Assembly: GCA_963749075.1 (NCBI GenBank)
Contig: CAVVLJ010000016.1
Coordinates: 1,314,539-1,378,538 of the forward strand
Length of the DNA: 64,000 nucleotides
Reading direction: 5' to 3'
Origin: an uncultured Pseudomonadota bacterium
GTDB taxonomy: Bacteria > Pseudomonadota > Alphaproteobacteria > JACZXZ01
Shown here: positions 35,514 to 46,879 of the stretch, piece by piece
Position numbering within the stretch: the first letter of the stretch is position 1
Layout of the letters: every line of letters starts with the position of its first letter
Translations under genes and position numbers: made by a program
The notes under the pieces: model-generated
What the model was told of the DNA's origin: nothing
The model's input: only the letters and a program-made list of their open reading frames with translations
Database searches by the model: none

Positions 35514-36839
35514 ATGAGGCGGACTATCTTCGGGGCGCTCGCTGCGGCGGCGCTCATGGCGGCGGGCGGCCAGGCGCTTGCCGCGACCGAGATCCAGATG
35601 TGGCACGCCATGGGCGGCGAGCTCGGCGAGAAGCTCAACGCCATCGCCAAGGGCTTCAACCAGAGCCAGAGCGACTACGCCGTGGTGCCGATCTACAAGG
35701 GGAGCTATGCCGAGACGCTGACGGCGGCGATCGCCGCCTTCCGCGCCAAGCAGCAGCCCGCGATCGTGCAGGTCTTCGAGGTCGGCACCGCCACCATGAT
35801 GGCGGCCAAGGGTGCCGTCTATCCCGTGTTCCAGCTCATGAAGGACACCGGCGAGCCCTTCGATCCCAGCTCCTATCTTCCCGCGGTGACGGGCTATTAC
35901 TCGGACGTGCACGGCAACATGCTGTCCTTGCCGTTCAACAGCTCGACGCCCGTGCTCTATTACAACAAGGACGAATTCCAGAAGGCCGGCCTCGATCCCG
36001 AGCAGCCGCCCAAGACCTGGCCCGAGCTCGAGGCCGATGCCAAGAAGCTGCAGGCCGCCGGCACCGCGTGCGGCTTCACCACCGGCTGGCCCTCCTGGGT
36101 GCAGATCGAGAACTTCAGCGCCTGGCACAACGTGCCGATCGGCACGCTCTCGAACGGCTTCGGCGGACTCGCGACGCGGCTCACCATCAACAACCCCCTC
36201 GTGGTGCGCCACATCGGCCAGCTCGCCGAATGGCAGAAGACCAAGATCTTCGATTACGGTGGGCGCGAGTCGGCGAGTGCGCCTAAGTTCTACTCGGGCC
36301 AATGCGCCATCTACATGAACAGCTCCGGCGCCTATTCCGCGATCCGCGCCAACGTGAAGAACTTCAAGTTCGGCGTCGGCATGCTGCCCTATTGGCCCGA
36401 CGTGAAGGGAGCGCCGCAGAACTCGATCATCGGCGGCGCCACGCTCTGGGTGCTCAAGGGCCTGCCGCCCGATGTCTACAAGGGCGTCGCGAAATTCTTC
36501 GCCTATCTGAGCTCGGCGCCGGTGCAGGCCGACTGGCACCAGTTCTCGGGCTACCTGCCGATCACCACGGCGGCCTACGAGCTCACGCGAAAGCAGGGCT
36601 ACTACGACAAGAACCCGGGCACCGACGTGGCGATCAAGCAGATCACGCTGCATGCGCCGACCGAGAACTCCAAGGGCCTGCGCTTCGGCTACTTCGTGCA
36701 AATCCGCAACATCATCGAGGAGGACCTCGAGAGCGCCTTCGCCGGCAAGACGACGGCCAAGGCCGCCCTCGACGACGCGGTTCAGCGCGGCAACGAGCTG
36801 CTCGCCAAATTCGAGAAGGAGAACGAGGGGAAGGAGTGA
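35514..36839 (+). CDS. ugpB: sn-glycerol-3-phosphate ABC substrate-binding protein
   Basis: EIQMWHAM, QVFEVGTATMM, PFNSSTP, NSIIGGATLW. Confidence 0.95.
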   Translation: MRRTIFGALAAAALMAAGGQALAATEIQMWHAMGGELGEKLNAIAKGFNQSQSDYAVVPIYKGSYAETLTAAIAAFRAKQQPAIVQVFEVGTATMMAAKGAVYPVFQLMKDTGEPFDPSSYLPAVTGYYSDVHGNMLSLPFNSSTPVLYYNKDEFQKAGLDPEQPPKTWPELEADAKKLQAAGTACGFTTGWPSWVQIENFSAWHNVPIGTLSNGFGGLATRLTINNPLVVRHIGQLAEWQKTKIFDYGGRESASAPKFYSGQCAIYMNSSGAYSAIRANVKNFKFGVGMLPYWPDVKGAPQNSIIGGATLWVLKGLPPDVYKGVAKFFAYLSSAPVQADWHQFSGYLPITTAAYELTRKQGYYDKNPGTDVAIKQITLHAPTENSKGLRFGYFVQIRNIIEEDLESAFAGKTTAKAALDDAVQRGNELLAKFEKENEGKE

Positions 36840-36855
36840 GCGGATCGTAGTAAGG

Positions 36856-36954
36856 CCCCCCCTCCCTACCCTCCCCCTCAAGGGGGGAGGGGAATTTTGA
36901 GGGCTCGCTCCAAATCGCCCCTCCCCCCTTGAGGGGGAGGGTTGGGGTGGGGGG
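36856..36954. repeat. Intergenic inverted palindrome pair (RIME/CIR-like)
   Basis: CCCTCCCTACCCTCCCCCTCAAGGGGGGAGGGG and its inverted copy CCCCTCCCCCCTTGAGGGGGAGGGTTGGGGTGGGGGG. Confidence 0.85.
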
Positions 36955-36995
36955 TAGAAAAGAGACTCTGGCACAGGAAAGGACCACACGCCGCA

Positions 36996-37877
36996 GTGGA
37001 AAAGCGCGTCACCTTCGGGAACCTCTTCGTGCCCTATCTCCTGGTGGCGGCGCAGCTCGCGGTGACGTTCGTCTTCTTCATCTGGCCCGCCGCCCAGGCG
37101 CTCTACCAGTCCGTGCTCAGCGAGGACGCCTTCGGGCTCTCCTCGAGCTTCGTCTGGTTCGACAACTTCAGGCAGCTCTTCGGCGACCCCCTCTATCTCC
37201 ACTCGATCGAGATCAGCCTCTTTTTTGGCGCCGTCGTGGCCGGCATCTCGATGACTTCGGCACTCGTCCTCGCCGCCGCGGCCGACCGCGTGCTGCGCGG
37301 CGCCACCTTCTACAAGAGCATGCTGGTGTGGCCCTACGCGCTGGCGCCGGCCATCGCGGGCGTGCTCTGGCTCCTCCTCTTCAACCCGACGATCGGCGTC
37401 GTGGCCTATGCGCTCCACCGCCTGGGCTACGGCTGGAACCAGTTCCTCAACGGCAACGACGCGATGACCCTGATCATCGTCGCCGCGGCCTGGAAGCAGG
37501 TGAGCTACAATTTCCTCTTCTTCCTCGCCGGGCTGCAGGCGATCCCGCGCTCCCTCATCGAGGCGGCGGCGATCGACGGGGCGCGGCCGTTCAAGCGCTT
37601 CCGCACCATCGTCTTTCCCCTGCTCTCGCCCACCAGCTTCTTCCTTCTCGTCATGAACCTGGTCTACGCCTTCTTCGACACCTTCGGCCTCGTCCATGCG
37701 ACGACGGACGGCGGGCCGGCGCAGGCGACCGAGATACTCGTCTTCAAGGTCTACCGCGACGGCGTCATCGGCCTCGACCTCGGCGGCTCCGCGGCCCAGT
37801 CGGTGGTCCTCATGGCGATCGTCGGGCTCTTGACCGTCATCCAGTTCCGCTTCATCGAGAAGAGGGTAGTCTATTGA
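36996..37877 (+). CDS. ugpA: G3P ABC permease
   Basis: [32 protein letters not shown]. Confidence 0.95.
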   Translation: MEKRVTFGNLFVPYLLVAAQLAVTFVFFIWPAAQALYQSVLSEDAFGLSSSFVWFDNFRQLFGDPLYLHSIEISLFFGAVVAGISMTSALVLAAAADRVLRGATFYKSMLVWPYALAPAIAGVLWLLLFNPTIGVVAYALHRLGYGWNQFLNGNDAMTLIIVAAAWKQVSYNFLFFLAGLQAIPRSLIEAAAIDGARPFKRFRTIVFPLLSPTSFFLLVMNLVYAFFDTFGLVHATTDGGPAQATEILVFKVYRDGVIGLDLGGSAAQSVVLMAIVGLLTVIQFRFIEKRVVY

Positions 37878-38725
37878 TGGTCGAGAGCCGGCCGCTGCTC
37901 ACGCTCCTTGCCCACGGGGTGCTCATCCTGGGTGCTGCCATCCTCGCCTTCCCCCTCTGGATAGCCTTCGTGGGCTCGACGCTGGGTGCCGCCGACTTCA
38001 ACCAGATACCCATGCCGCTCCTGCCCGGCGGCCACTTCCTCGAGAACTATGCGACGGTGCTCAAGCAGGGTGTTAGGTCCTCCGGCGGGCTGCCGGTCGG
38101 CCCCATGATGCTCAACAGCCTCATCATGGCGCTCACCATCGCGATCGGCAAAATCGCCATCTCGCTGCTCTCGGCCTATGCCATCGTCTACTTCCGCTTT
38201 CCCTTCCGGAAGCTCATCTTCTGGATCATCTTCGCCACCCTCATGCTGCCGGTCGAGGTGCGCATCCTGCCGACCTACAAGGTGGCGGCGGACTTGGGCC
38301 TCCTCAACAGCTACGCCGGCCTCACCATCCCGCTCATCGCCAGCGCCACCGCGACCTTCCTCTTCCGCCAGTATTTCCTCACCGTCCCCGAGGAGCTCCT
38401 CGAGGCGGCGCGGCTCGACGGCGCCGGACCCTGGCGCTTCTTCCGCGACGTGCTGCTGCCGCTCTCGCGCACCAACATCGCGGCACTCTTCGTCATCCTC
38501 TTCATCTACGGCTGGAACCAGTATCTCTGGCCGCTCCTCGTCACCACCGACCCCGCCTACCAGACGATCGTGGTCGGCATTCAGCGCATGGTGACGGTGG
38601 CCGACGCGACGCCGCAATGGCATCTTGTCATGGCGACCGCGGTGCTGGCCCTGCTGCCGCCGGTCGTCGTCGTCGTCTTGATGCAGCGCCTCTTCGTCAA
38701 GGGCCTGGTCGAGACGGAGAAGTAG
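37877..38725 (+). CDS. ugpE: G3P ABC permease
   Basis: TLMLPVEVRI, ASATATFLFRQ, FVKGLVETEK. Confidence 0.95.
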   Translation: MVESRPLLTLLAHGVLILGAAILAFPLWIAFVGSTLGAADFNQIPMPLLPGGHFLENYATVLKQGVRSSGGLPVGPMMLNSLIMALTIAIGKIAISLLSAYAIVYFRFPFRKLIFWIIFATLMLPVEVRILPTYKVAADLGLLNSYAGLTIPLIASATATFLFRQYFLTVPEELLEAARLDGAGPWRFFRDVLLPLSRTNIAALFVILFIYGWNQYLWPLLVTTDPAYQTIVVGIQRMVTVADATPQWHLVMATAVLALLPPVVVVVLMQRLFVKGLVETEK

Positions 38726-38740
38726 GGGGACGCGGGCGCC

Positions 38741-39866
<1,126 letters not shown>

Positions 39867-39880
39867 GGCGGCGAAGCGCC

Positions 39881-40681
39881 TCAGCTCCCCGCGCCGACGA
39901 TCTTCCAGAAGTCGGCGTTGATGCCGCCCATGACCGCGTCGTGGCTCGCCTCGAGGCAGCGGCGCAGGCCCGGCGGCCAGATGTCGGCGAGTCCGAGGCG
40001 GCAGCTCTGATAGATCTGCGCGGCCTCCGCGAGCACCGGGTCGCTGCCGTCGGGCTGCAGCGCTGCTCCGGTGACGCTCCGCCAGGCGGCATCGGCCACG
40101 CGCGGATCGGCGCCGCTGTCTCCCGGCAGCGCGTTGACCAGACGGTTGAGGAGATGCGCCATGCGCGCGCGCCCGCTGTCGTGCGCGAAGAGGGCGTCGG
40201 CGGCGCCAAGCGTGGCTCGCGCCATTGCCACCTCCTCGGGCCGGATGGGCGTCGCATCGCCCGCCTCGGCCACCGGCAGGAGGGCAAGGTCGGGTGCCAC
40301 GGCGACGGCGATCTCGACGGCACCGAGCGCCTTGGCATAGCTTTGCGGCAGGCTCACCTCGACGGCGACCTGGCTGCGCCGGCTGGTGAGCCGGACGTGG
40401 CCCTCGGCGGGCATGGTCACGAGCGTGCCGTCGGCATCCCTCACCACGAGCGTGAGCTTGCCGGGATCGAGCACCTCATAGGAGGTGCCGTCCGTCGGCA
40501 TGCTGCGCTCCTTCTCCAGGCAGAAGGCGGAGAGCTCGGCGCGGCAGGCGCCGTCCTCGCAATGCATGGGGATCGGCCCGGCGCTCGCCACCACGCCGAG
40601 CATCTGCGGTGCGGCCGCCGCATTCGCGGCAAGGAAACCGAGCGAGGCCAGCGTCGCCAGCGAAACGAGCTCCACCCTCAT
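39881..40681 (-). CDS. Exported Cys-containing hypothetical protein, paralog A
   Basis: Signal peptide; [16 protein letters not shown]; [10 protein letters not shown]. Confidence 0.8.
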   Translation of the reverse strand: MRVELVSLATLASLGFLAANAAAAPQMLGVVASAGPIPMHCEDGACRAELSAFCLEKERSMPTDGTSYEVLDPGKLTLVVRDADGTLVTMPAEGHVRLTSRRSQVAVEVSLPQSYAKALGAVEIAVAVAPDLALLPVAEAGDATPIRPEEVAMARATLGAADALFAHDSGRARMAHLLNRLVNALPGDSGADPRVADAAWRSVTGAALQPDGSDPVLAEAAQIYQSCRLGLADIWPPGLRRCLEASHDAVMGGINADFWKIVGAGS

Positions 40682-40716
40682 CTTCCCCTCCTTTGCGCAG
40701 CCTGCCTTGGAGGCGC

Positions 40717-41541
40717 TCAGCTCCCGGCGCCGACGAGGCGCCAATACTCCTCGTTGACCGAGCTCATGAGCGCATCGTGGCTCGCCTCGAGGCAGCGCCG
40801 CAAGGTGAGCCCCTGCACGTAACGCGCGCCGCGGCGGCAGCTCTCGTAGACGAGCGCCGCCCGCGCCCTGCCGGGATCGGCGTCTGCGATGGCCGGGCTG
40901 CCGCCGGAGGCCTGGCCCCAGAGGCCGGCGGGCGCTGCAAGATCGAGCGCCCGGCCGCCGCCGGTGCGCGGCAGCGCGTTGATGAGGCTGTTGAGCAGGC
41001 GGACGGTGACGACCTGAGGCCGCACCCCGTTCTCGAAGATGTCGGCGGCGATCGGGCGCAGCGTCCGCGTCGCCTCCGCGATCTCGCGAGGGCCGATCGG
41101 CTGGGGATCGCCGGCGCTGGCGACGGGCACCAGCGTCACCTGCGGCCCGACCTCGAGCGCCAGATGCCTCGCACCCAGGCGCTCGCGCAGGCTCTCGGGC
41201 ACGCTCGCGCTCACGGCGCTGTAGCTGCGCACGCTGGCGAGCTCGAGGTAGGGTGCTGCCGCGAGCCGCCGGACGCTGCCGTCCGCAGCCGTGGCGACGA
41301 GCACGAGCGCGCGGCCGTCGACGGCCTCATAGGCAGTGCCGTCGGTGGGCCCGCTTCGTCCCTGTTGCAGGCAGAAGGCGGAGAGCTCGGCGCTGCACAC
41401 GCCGCGCTCGCAATGCATCGGGATGGGGGCGGCGCTCGACATGACGCCGAGCACCTGCGGCGCGGCACTGGCCGCGCCGGGGAGAAGGAGAGGAAGAAGC
41501 AGTGCTGCAAACAGCGAAGCGACGGTCGATCGAACAGTCAT
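40717..41541 (-). CDS. Exported Cys-containing hypothetical protein, paralog B
   Basis: Same motifs as paralog A; both end in VGAGS. Confidence 0.8.
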   Translation of the reverse strand: MTVRSTVASLFAALLLPLLLPGAASAAPQVLGVMSSAAPIPMHCERGVCSAELSAFCLQQGRSGPTDGTAYEAVDGRALVLVATAADGSVRRLAAAPYLELASVRSYSAVSASVPESLRERLGARHLALEVGPQVTLVPVASAGDPQPIGPREIAEATRTLRPIAADIFENGVRPQVVTVRLLNSLINALPRTGGGRALDLAAPAGLWGQASGGSPAIADADPGRARAALVYESCRRGARYVQGLTLRRCLEASHDALMSSVNEEYWRLVGAGS

Positions 41542-41702
41542 CGGACACCTTCCAAGCGTAAGCGCGTTCGGCATCCCCGTCCCCTCAGCAAGCGAAATCC
41601 TCCCACCGCAGCTGCTTTTGGTCAAATGCTTTCGTGGTGCCGCCCGGCCGCGCGCTCTCGACTCGGTTGCCAGCCGCGCGCGGGAGGGCTATCTCGTCGC
41701 AC

Positions 41703-43055
41703 ATGAGTACGAGGCGAACCCTGCCCGTGCATGTGATCGGCGGCGGCCTCGCCGGCAGCGAGGCCGCGTGGCAGCTCGCCGCAGCCGGCATCCCCGTCGT
41801 CCTCCACGAGATGCGCCCGGGGACCATGACCGAGGCGCACCGCACCGACGGCCTGGCCGAGCTCGTCTGCTCCAACTCCTTCCGCTCGGACGACCGCGAC
41901 TACAACGCCGTAGGCCTGCTCCACGAGGAGATGCGCCGCTGCGGCTCGCTCATCCTCCGCGCGGCGGACGCCCACAAGGTGCCGGCCGGAGGAGCGCTCG
42001 CCGTCGACCGCGACGGCTTCTCGCAAGCGGTGCAGCAGGCGCTGCAATCCTCTCCCCTCGTCGCCCTCGAGCGCGGCGAGGTCGCGGCACTGCCGCCCGA
42101 CGGTTGGGGCGAGACGATCATCGCGACCGGCCCCCTCACCTCGCCGGCCCTCGCCGAGGCGCTCCGCGCCGAGAGCGGCTGCGAGGCTCTTGCCTTCTTC
42201 GACGCCATCGCCCCCATCGTGCACAAGGAGTCGATCGGCTTCGCGGTCGCCTGGTACCAGTCGCGCTACGACAAGGGCGGCGGCTCCGACTACGTCAACT
42301 GCCCGCTCGAGCGCGAGCAGTATTACGCCTTCGTGGCGGCTCTCCTCGCCGGCGAGAAGACATCGTTTCACGAATGGGAGGAGAAGACGCCCTATTTCGA
42401 AGGCTGCCTGCCGATCGAGGTGATGGCGGCGCGCGGCGCGGACACGCTCGCCTTCGGGCCGATGAAGCCGGTGGGCTTGCGCGATCCGCGCAGCGGGCAA
42501 CGGCCCTTCGCGGTCGTGCAGCTCCGCCAGGACAACGCGCTCGGCACGCTCTACAACATCGTCGGTTTCCAGACCAAGCTCAAGCACGGCGAGCAGCTCC
42601 GCATCTTCCGCACGATCCCGGGCCTCGAGCGCGCCGAGTTCGCGCGGCTCGGCGGGCTCCACCGCAACACCTTCCTCAACAGCCCCCGCCTCCTCGACCG
42701 CGAGCTCCGCCTCAAGACCAGGCCGCACTTGCGCTTCGCCGGCCAGATGACGGGTGTGGAGGGCTATGTCGAGAGTGCGGCGATCGGCCTTCTCGCCGGC
42801 CGCTTCGCGGCCGCCGCCAGCCGCGGTCTGCCGGCACCGCCGCCGCCTGCGACGACGGCGCTCGGAGCGCTCCTCAACCACATCACGGGCGGCGCCGCGG
42901 CCGAGACCTTCCAGCCGATGAACGTCAATTTTGGCCTCTTTCCGCCGCTCGAGACGCGCGAGCGCGGACGCGAGCGCAAGCGGGCACTTGCCGCGCGCGC
43001 CTTGGCCGAGCTCGGGACCTGGCTCGGCGGCGGCCGGGCCGCGGCCGCCGAATAA
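41703..43055 (+). CDS. trmFO: tRNA (uracil-5-)-methyltransferase TrmFO
   Basis: [48 protein letters not shown]. Confidence 0.97.
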   Translation: MSTRRTLPVHVIGGGLAGSEAAWQLAAAGIPVVLHEMRPGTMTEAHRTDGLAELVCSNSFRSDDRDYNAVGLLHEEMRRCGSLILRAADAHKVPAGGALAVDRDGFSQAVQQALQSSPLVALERGEVAALPPDGWGETIIATGPLTSPALAEALRAESGCEALAFFDAIAPIVHKESIGFAVAWYQSRYDKGGGSDYVNCPLEREQYYAFVAALLAGEKTSFHEWEEKTPYFEGCLPIEVMAARGADTLAFGPMKPVGLRDPRSGQRPFAVVQLRQDNALGTLYNIVGFQTKLKHGEQLRIFRTIPGLERAEFARLGGLHRNTFLNSPRLLDRELRLKTRPHLRFAGQMTGVEGYVESAAIGLLAGRFAAAASRGLPAPPPPATTALGALLNHITGGAAAETFQPMNVNFGLFPPLETRERGRERKRALAARALAELGTWLGGGRAAAAE

Positions 43056-43060
43056 CGACG

Positions 43061-43786
43061 CTACTCGCGCGGCGCCGTCTTGCCCGCCAGCGCGTCCGCG
43101 CCGATGACGACGCCGAGCACCGTGAGCGGCAGCTCGAGGGTCCACTTGCCCGCGGCGATCAGGCTCCCCATGGCGTCCATGCGGTAGACGGTCTTGCGCA
43201 CGAGCGGGTTGGGGCTGTCTGCCAGCCAGTGCCTGCGCAAGTCGACATAGGTGGCGTACCACACGTCCTCGCCGGCCTCGGCCATGCGGCCGACGTGGAG
43301 GTCGGTCTCGTCCTTGCGCTCGAGCCAGCCGCCGGCGCCGCTCTGCACGAAGCTGTCGTAGGTGATGGCCACGCCGAGCGCCGTCGAGGTGCCCATCCCG
43401 CTCGCGGCACTCAGCGACGGCGTCCAATAGACGCGGTCGAAAAAGCCGTCCTGCGTGCGCTGCATCGCGGGATCGCCGGCCGCCTCGAGGAGGAGCGCCT
43501 TGAGCGCCGCGTCGCCGGTGAGGCTGGCATCGCGCTGCTGCAGGCGCGGAAGGTAAGGCGAGAGCGCCTCGGCACAGGCGGCACCGGCGGACTGGCAATA
43601 GGCGCTGACGAGCTGATAGAGGCTCCCCGGCATCAGCGCTGCCTGGGAGCGCCCATAGGAGAGGCCGCCGGGATCGTCCGGGCGTGCCGAGACCGCGCCA
43701 TAGTCGCCGAGGGGACGGCCGGATTCGAAGACGTTCACAATCGCTTGGGCGGTCTTCTTCTGGAGGTCGCTGAGCTCGGCGGCCAT
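43061..43786 (-). CDS. Chitosanase/lysozyme-like glycoside hydrolase (GH46-like)
   Basis: AIVNVFESG, DPGGLSYGRSQ, DPAMQRTQDGFFDRVYW, YDSFVQ. Confidence 0.75.
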   Translation of the reverse strand: MAAELSDLQKKTAQAIVNVFESGRPLGDYGAVSARPDDPGGLSYGRSQAALMPGSLYQLVSAYCQSAGAACAEALSPYLPRLQQRDASLTGDAALKALLLEAAGDPAMQRTQDGFFDRVYWTPSLSAASGMGTSTALGVAITYDSFVQSGAGGWLERKDETDLHVGRMAEAGEDVWYATYVDLRRHWLADSPNPLVRKTVYRMDAMGSLIAAGKWTLELPLTVLGVVIGADALAGKTAPRE

Positions 43787-43906
43787 GTCCCCTTCCTGCC
43801 AGGCGGCAAGCCTGATTGCGCGCAATCGCCCCTTTTTAGTGCAGAATCCAATTAAGAAATCTCCAATAGGGAGAATTATGGCATTTTACTCTCTCGGAGA
43901 TTGTCG

Positions 43907-44752
43907 TCAATAGCGCCCGCGCAACGCTGCGAGCGTGAGCCGGATGGCGGCAAAGGGCCGCCTGGGGCGGGGCTCCAAGGCAAACGGATCGAAACCGCTG
44001 CGCCGCAATTGGCCGATATGCCACTCCGCGAGCACGGCCGGCAGCAGCGCCGGCAGTGCCGCGCGCGGTACATGCTGCCGCCGCGCCGCGGCGATGTGCT
44101 CGCGCGCGCGCTCCGCGATCGGGCGCACCACCGCAGCCAGGCCCGCAGCACCGCCGCGCGCGAAGAGCTCTTCCGGCTCGAGGCCGGCCTCCGCCAACGC
44201 GTCGCGCGGCAGGTAGAGCCGGCGCCAGCGGGCGTGGAACGGCACCGCGCGGAGGAGCCCGGCGAGCGCCCAGGCGATGCCGACCTCGCGCGCCGCGGCC
44301 TCGGCACCCGCGTCGCGCACGCCGAGCGCCTCGAGGACCAGCGCCTGAAGCGTCGACGAGGTGGCCGCCGCGTAGCTCTCGAGCTCGGCGAGGCTCGCTG
44401 GCGGCGCCTCGTCGAAGTCGCGCTCGCGGCCTGCGATCAGGCGCTCGAAATGGCCGCGCGTGAGGCCGCGGCGGGCGACGAGCTCGGCGAGCGGCAGCGC
44501 CACCGCGTGGCGCCGCGGCTCGCCCGCATAGATGCCGGCGATCGTCTCGCGCCACCACTCGAGGCGGATGAGGCCCAGCGTCGGCTCGCTCGCCACCTCG
44601 CGCGCCTTCGCCACCTCGAGGTTGAAGGCATAGAGGGTGAGCAGGTCCTCGCGCCGCTCGCGCGGCGCAAAGAGCGCGGTGAGGAACCGCTCCGGGTCGT
44701 GGCGCCGCACCTCGGCGGCGCAGTAGGAAAGCTCGGGCGCCTTAGCGCTCAT
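43907..44752 (-). CDS. Squalene/phytoene synthase family protein (NDUFAF6-like)
   Basis: VRRHDPERFL..LFAP, LYAFNLE, IRLEWWRE. Confidence 0.88.
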   Translation of the reverse strand: MSAKAPELSYCAAEVRRHDPERFLTALFAPRERREDLLTLYAFNLEVAKAREVASEPTLGLIRLEWWRETIAGIYAGEPRRHAVALPLAELVARRGLTRGHFERLIAGRERDFDEAPPASLAELESYAAATSSTLQALVLEALGVRDAGAEAAAREVGIAWALAGLLRAVPFHARWRRLYLPRDALAEAGLEPEELFARGGAAGLAAVVRPIAERAREHIAAARRQHVPRAALPALLPAVLAEWHIGQLRRSGFDPFALEPRPRRPFAAIRLTLAALRGRY

Positions 44753-44792
44753 AGGTTGCCGTGCGATTTTGGTCCCCTCTCTCTTCACGCGT

Positions 44793-45011
44793 TGATGCAC
44801 ACATCCGTAGGATGCTTGCAGGGCCACCGTGGTCCTTCGAGACGCGCCCCTTCGGGGCGCTCCTCAGGATGAGGCAAAATCGTGTGTGGCAGAAGGACTT
44901 AACCTCGTCCTGAGGAGCGAGCGCAGCGAGCGTCTCGAAGGACCCGCCGCAGCCGGTCCGAGGCCCCTTCGCGCGGCGCAACATCATGATTCGCCATGGC
45001 TCCAAGCATCT
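44793..45011. repeat. About 220-bp MITE-like repeat with internal palindrome doublet (44831-44944)
   Basis: Colinear with 54666-54897 from TGATGCAC through GTCCTTCGAGACGCG...CTCCTCAGG...CGTCTCGAAGGAC to CATGATT. Confidence 0.8.
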
Positions 45012-45199
45012 GGCCCGCACCGCCGCACACCGGCCTCGCGGCGTCGCAACGTTAATTCTGCCTCGTCAAAATACGCGATAATGCATTACGATTAAACGAT
45101 TTTCTCGCGTCCGCCTCTGCCGCCCCAACAACCGGTTGTGCGGCGGCGCCAAGGTGGGATAATGGAGCCGTCGAAATGCGGGGGCATCTGGTCGCGCGA

Positions 45200-45655
45200 A
45201 TGGTCCGGCCGACGATCAAGCGAAAGGCGGCACGCCAGCCTGGCCCGCAGGCGGGCGGCACGCGCGCGCTTGCGGCCTGGCTCGGCACCTTCGCGCTCGT
45301 CGGCCAGCTCCTCCTGCCCGTCCTTTACGATGCCGTGTCGGCGCGCGCGGAAAGCGACGCCGCCTACGCCGATTTCGTGCGCAGCTTCGGGGGCGCCGTG
45401 CACCTCTGCGCGGCGCCGCTCAGGCCGGGCGGTGCGGGCCAACAGAACGGCAAGGCGCCCGCCGGCGACCCGCTGCAATGCCCGCTTTGCCAGCCGTTCG
45501 CCGTGCTCGGCGGCTTGTTGGCACCGGCAAGCCCGACGCTCCCGCCGCCGTCGGCCGCGGAGGACAGTCCCCAGCCCAAGGCCTGGGCGGCAGCGCTGCC
45601 CGCCCGCATATTCGCCTTCGCCCCCGAGGCGCGCGGACCGCCGATAGCGGCCTGA
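45200..45655 (+). CDS. DUF2946-like CxxC membrane protein
   Basis: N-terminal hydrophobic helix, HLC, CPLCQ, C-terminal ARGPP. Confidence 0.7.
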   Translation: MVRPTIKRKAARQPGPQAGGTRALAAWLGTFALVGQLLLPVLYDAVSARAESDAAYADFVRSFGGAVHLCAAPLRPGGAGQQNGKAPAGDPLQCPLCQPFAVLGGLLAPASPTLPPPSAAEDSPQPKAWAAALPARIFAFAPEARGPPIAA

Positions 45656-45753
45656 GGTGCTGGCGGCCCGCCTCGGCTGCGCTGCCCATGACGGCAGCCT
45701 CGGCCGCATCGCCATCCCGATCCGACATCGACCATCACGAAGAGCGAACGCTC

Positions 45754-46368
45754 ATGAGCTTACGTACTCGACGCGTCATCCTGGTCTCGATCGGCGTCCT
45801 GGTGCTCGCAGCACTCGGCGCCGTGGGCATGGTCGCGGCCCGTTTCCGGCTCGTCTCCGGCGCCCATTCCCCGCTCGCCATCGGGGGACCCTTCACCCTC
45901 ACGGCGAGCGACGGCAAGACGGTGACCGACAAGACCTTCCGCGGCAAATGGCTGCTGGTCTACTTCGGCTACACCTATTGTCCGGACGTCTGCCCGACGA
46001 CGTTGAACGACATCGCCGAGGCGCTGACCACGCTCGGCCCGCTGGCCAACAAGATCACGCCGATCTTCGTCACCGTCGATCCCGAGCGCGACACGCCGTC
46101 GGTGATCGGCAAATACGTGAAGTCGTTCGATCCCCGCATCGTCGGCCTGACGGGCACGCCCGCGGAGATCGCGGCCGCCGCCAGGGAATATCGCGTCTAC
46201 TACAAGAAGGAGCCGACCGGCAAGGGTCCGGACGACTATCTCATGGACCACAGCTCCATCCTCTACATCATGGGGCCCGACGGCGGCTACGTATCCCTCA
46301 TCTCGGGCGAGCAGAAGCCGGCCGAAATCGCGGCCCGGCTGCGCCAGCTCTTGAGCCAGTCCTCGTAA
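45754..46368 (+). CDS. SCO1/SenC copper chaperone
   Basis: FGYTYCPDVCP, TVDPERDT, YLMDHS. Confidence 0.95.
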   Translation: MSLRTRRVILVSIGVLVLAALGAVGMVAARFRLVSGAHSPLAIGGPFTLTASDGKTVTDKTFRGKWLLVYFGYTYCPDVCPTTLNDIAEALTTLGPLANKITPIFVTVDPERDTPSVIGKYVKSFDPRIVGLTGTPAEIAAAAREYRVYYKKEPTGKGPDDYLMDHSSILYIMGPDGGYVSLISGEQKPAEIAARLRQLLSQSS

Positions 46369-46394
46369 ACCAATCCTCGTAAGGGAGTTCGATC

Positions 46395-46871
46395 ATGAGA
46401 ACGCTGATCACCGCTTGCGCCGTGGCGCTCGGGCTTCTGGGCCCGGCACTGGCGCAGAACGCCACGGCACCCACCATCGAGATCATGTCGCCCTGGGCGC
46501 GCGCCACGCCGGGAGGTGCGAAGAACGGTGCCGCCTACATGACGATCGTGAACAAGGGCAAGGAGGCCAACCGCCTGATCGCCGTCGCCACGCCGGCCGC
46601 CAAGATGGCGGAAATGCACAGGACCGTGAGCGACAACGGCGTCATGAAGATGCTCCCGGTCGAGGGCGTGGACGTGAAGGCCGGCAGTCAGGCAGTATTC
46701 AAGCCGGGCGGCTACCACGTTATGCTGATGGACCTGACAGAGCCGCTCGTGGAGGGCTCGAGCTTTCCCCTGACCCTCACCTTCGCGAAGGCCGGCAAGA
46801 TCGAGGTGACCGTCAAGGTGCAGAAGGTGGGCGCAAGCAGCCCCGACATGGGCGGCATGAAGATGAATTGA
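46395..46871 (+). CDS. PCu(A)C periplasmic copper chaperone
   Basis: Signal peptide; WARATP, EMH...MKM, GGYHVML; Met-rich tail. Confidence 0.94.
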   Translation: MRTLITACAVALGLLGPALAQNATAPTIEIMSPWARATPGGAKNGAAYMTIVNKGKEANRLIAVATPAAKMAEMHRTVSDNGVMKMLPVEGVDVKAGSQAVFKPGGYHVMLMDLTEPLVEGSSFPLTLTFAKAGKIEVTVKVQKVGASSPDMGGMKMN

Positions 46872-46879
46872 GCGGCACG

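Noticed and set aside
43907-44752. Carotenoid or hopanoid synthase gene cluster
   Set aside because: Lacks DxxxD motifs and resembles the NDUFAF6-like subfamily; no crt or shc genes nearby.
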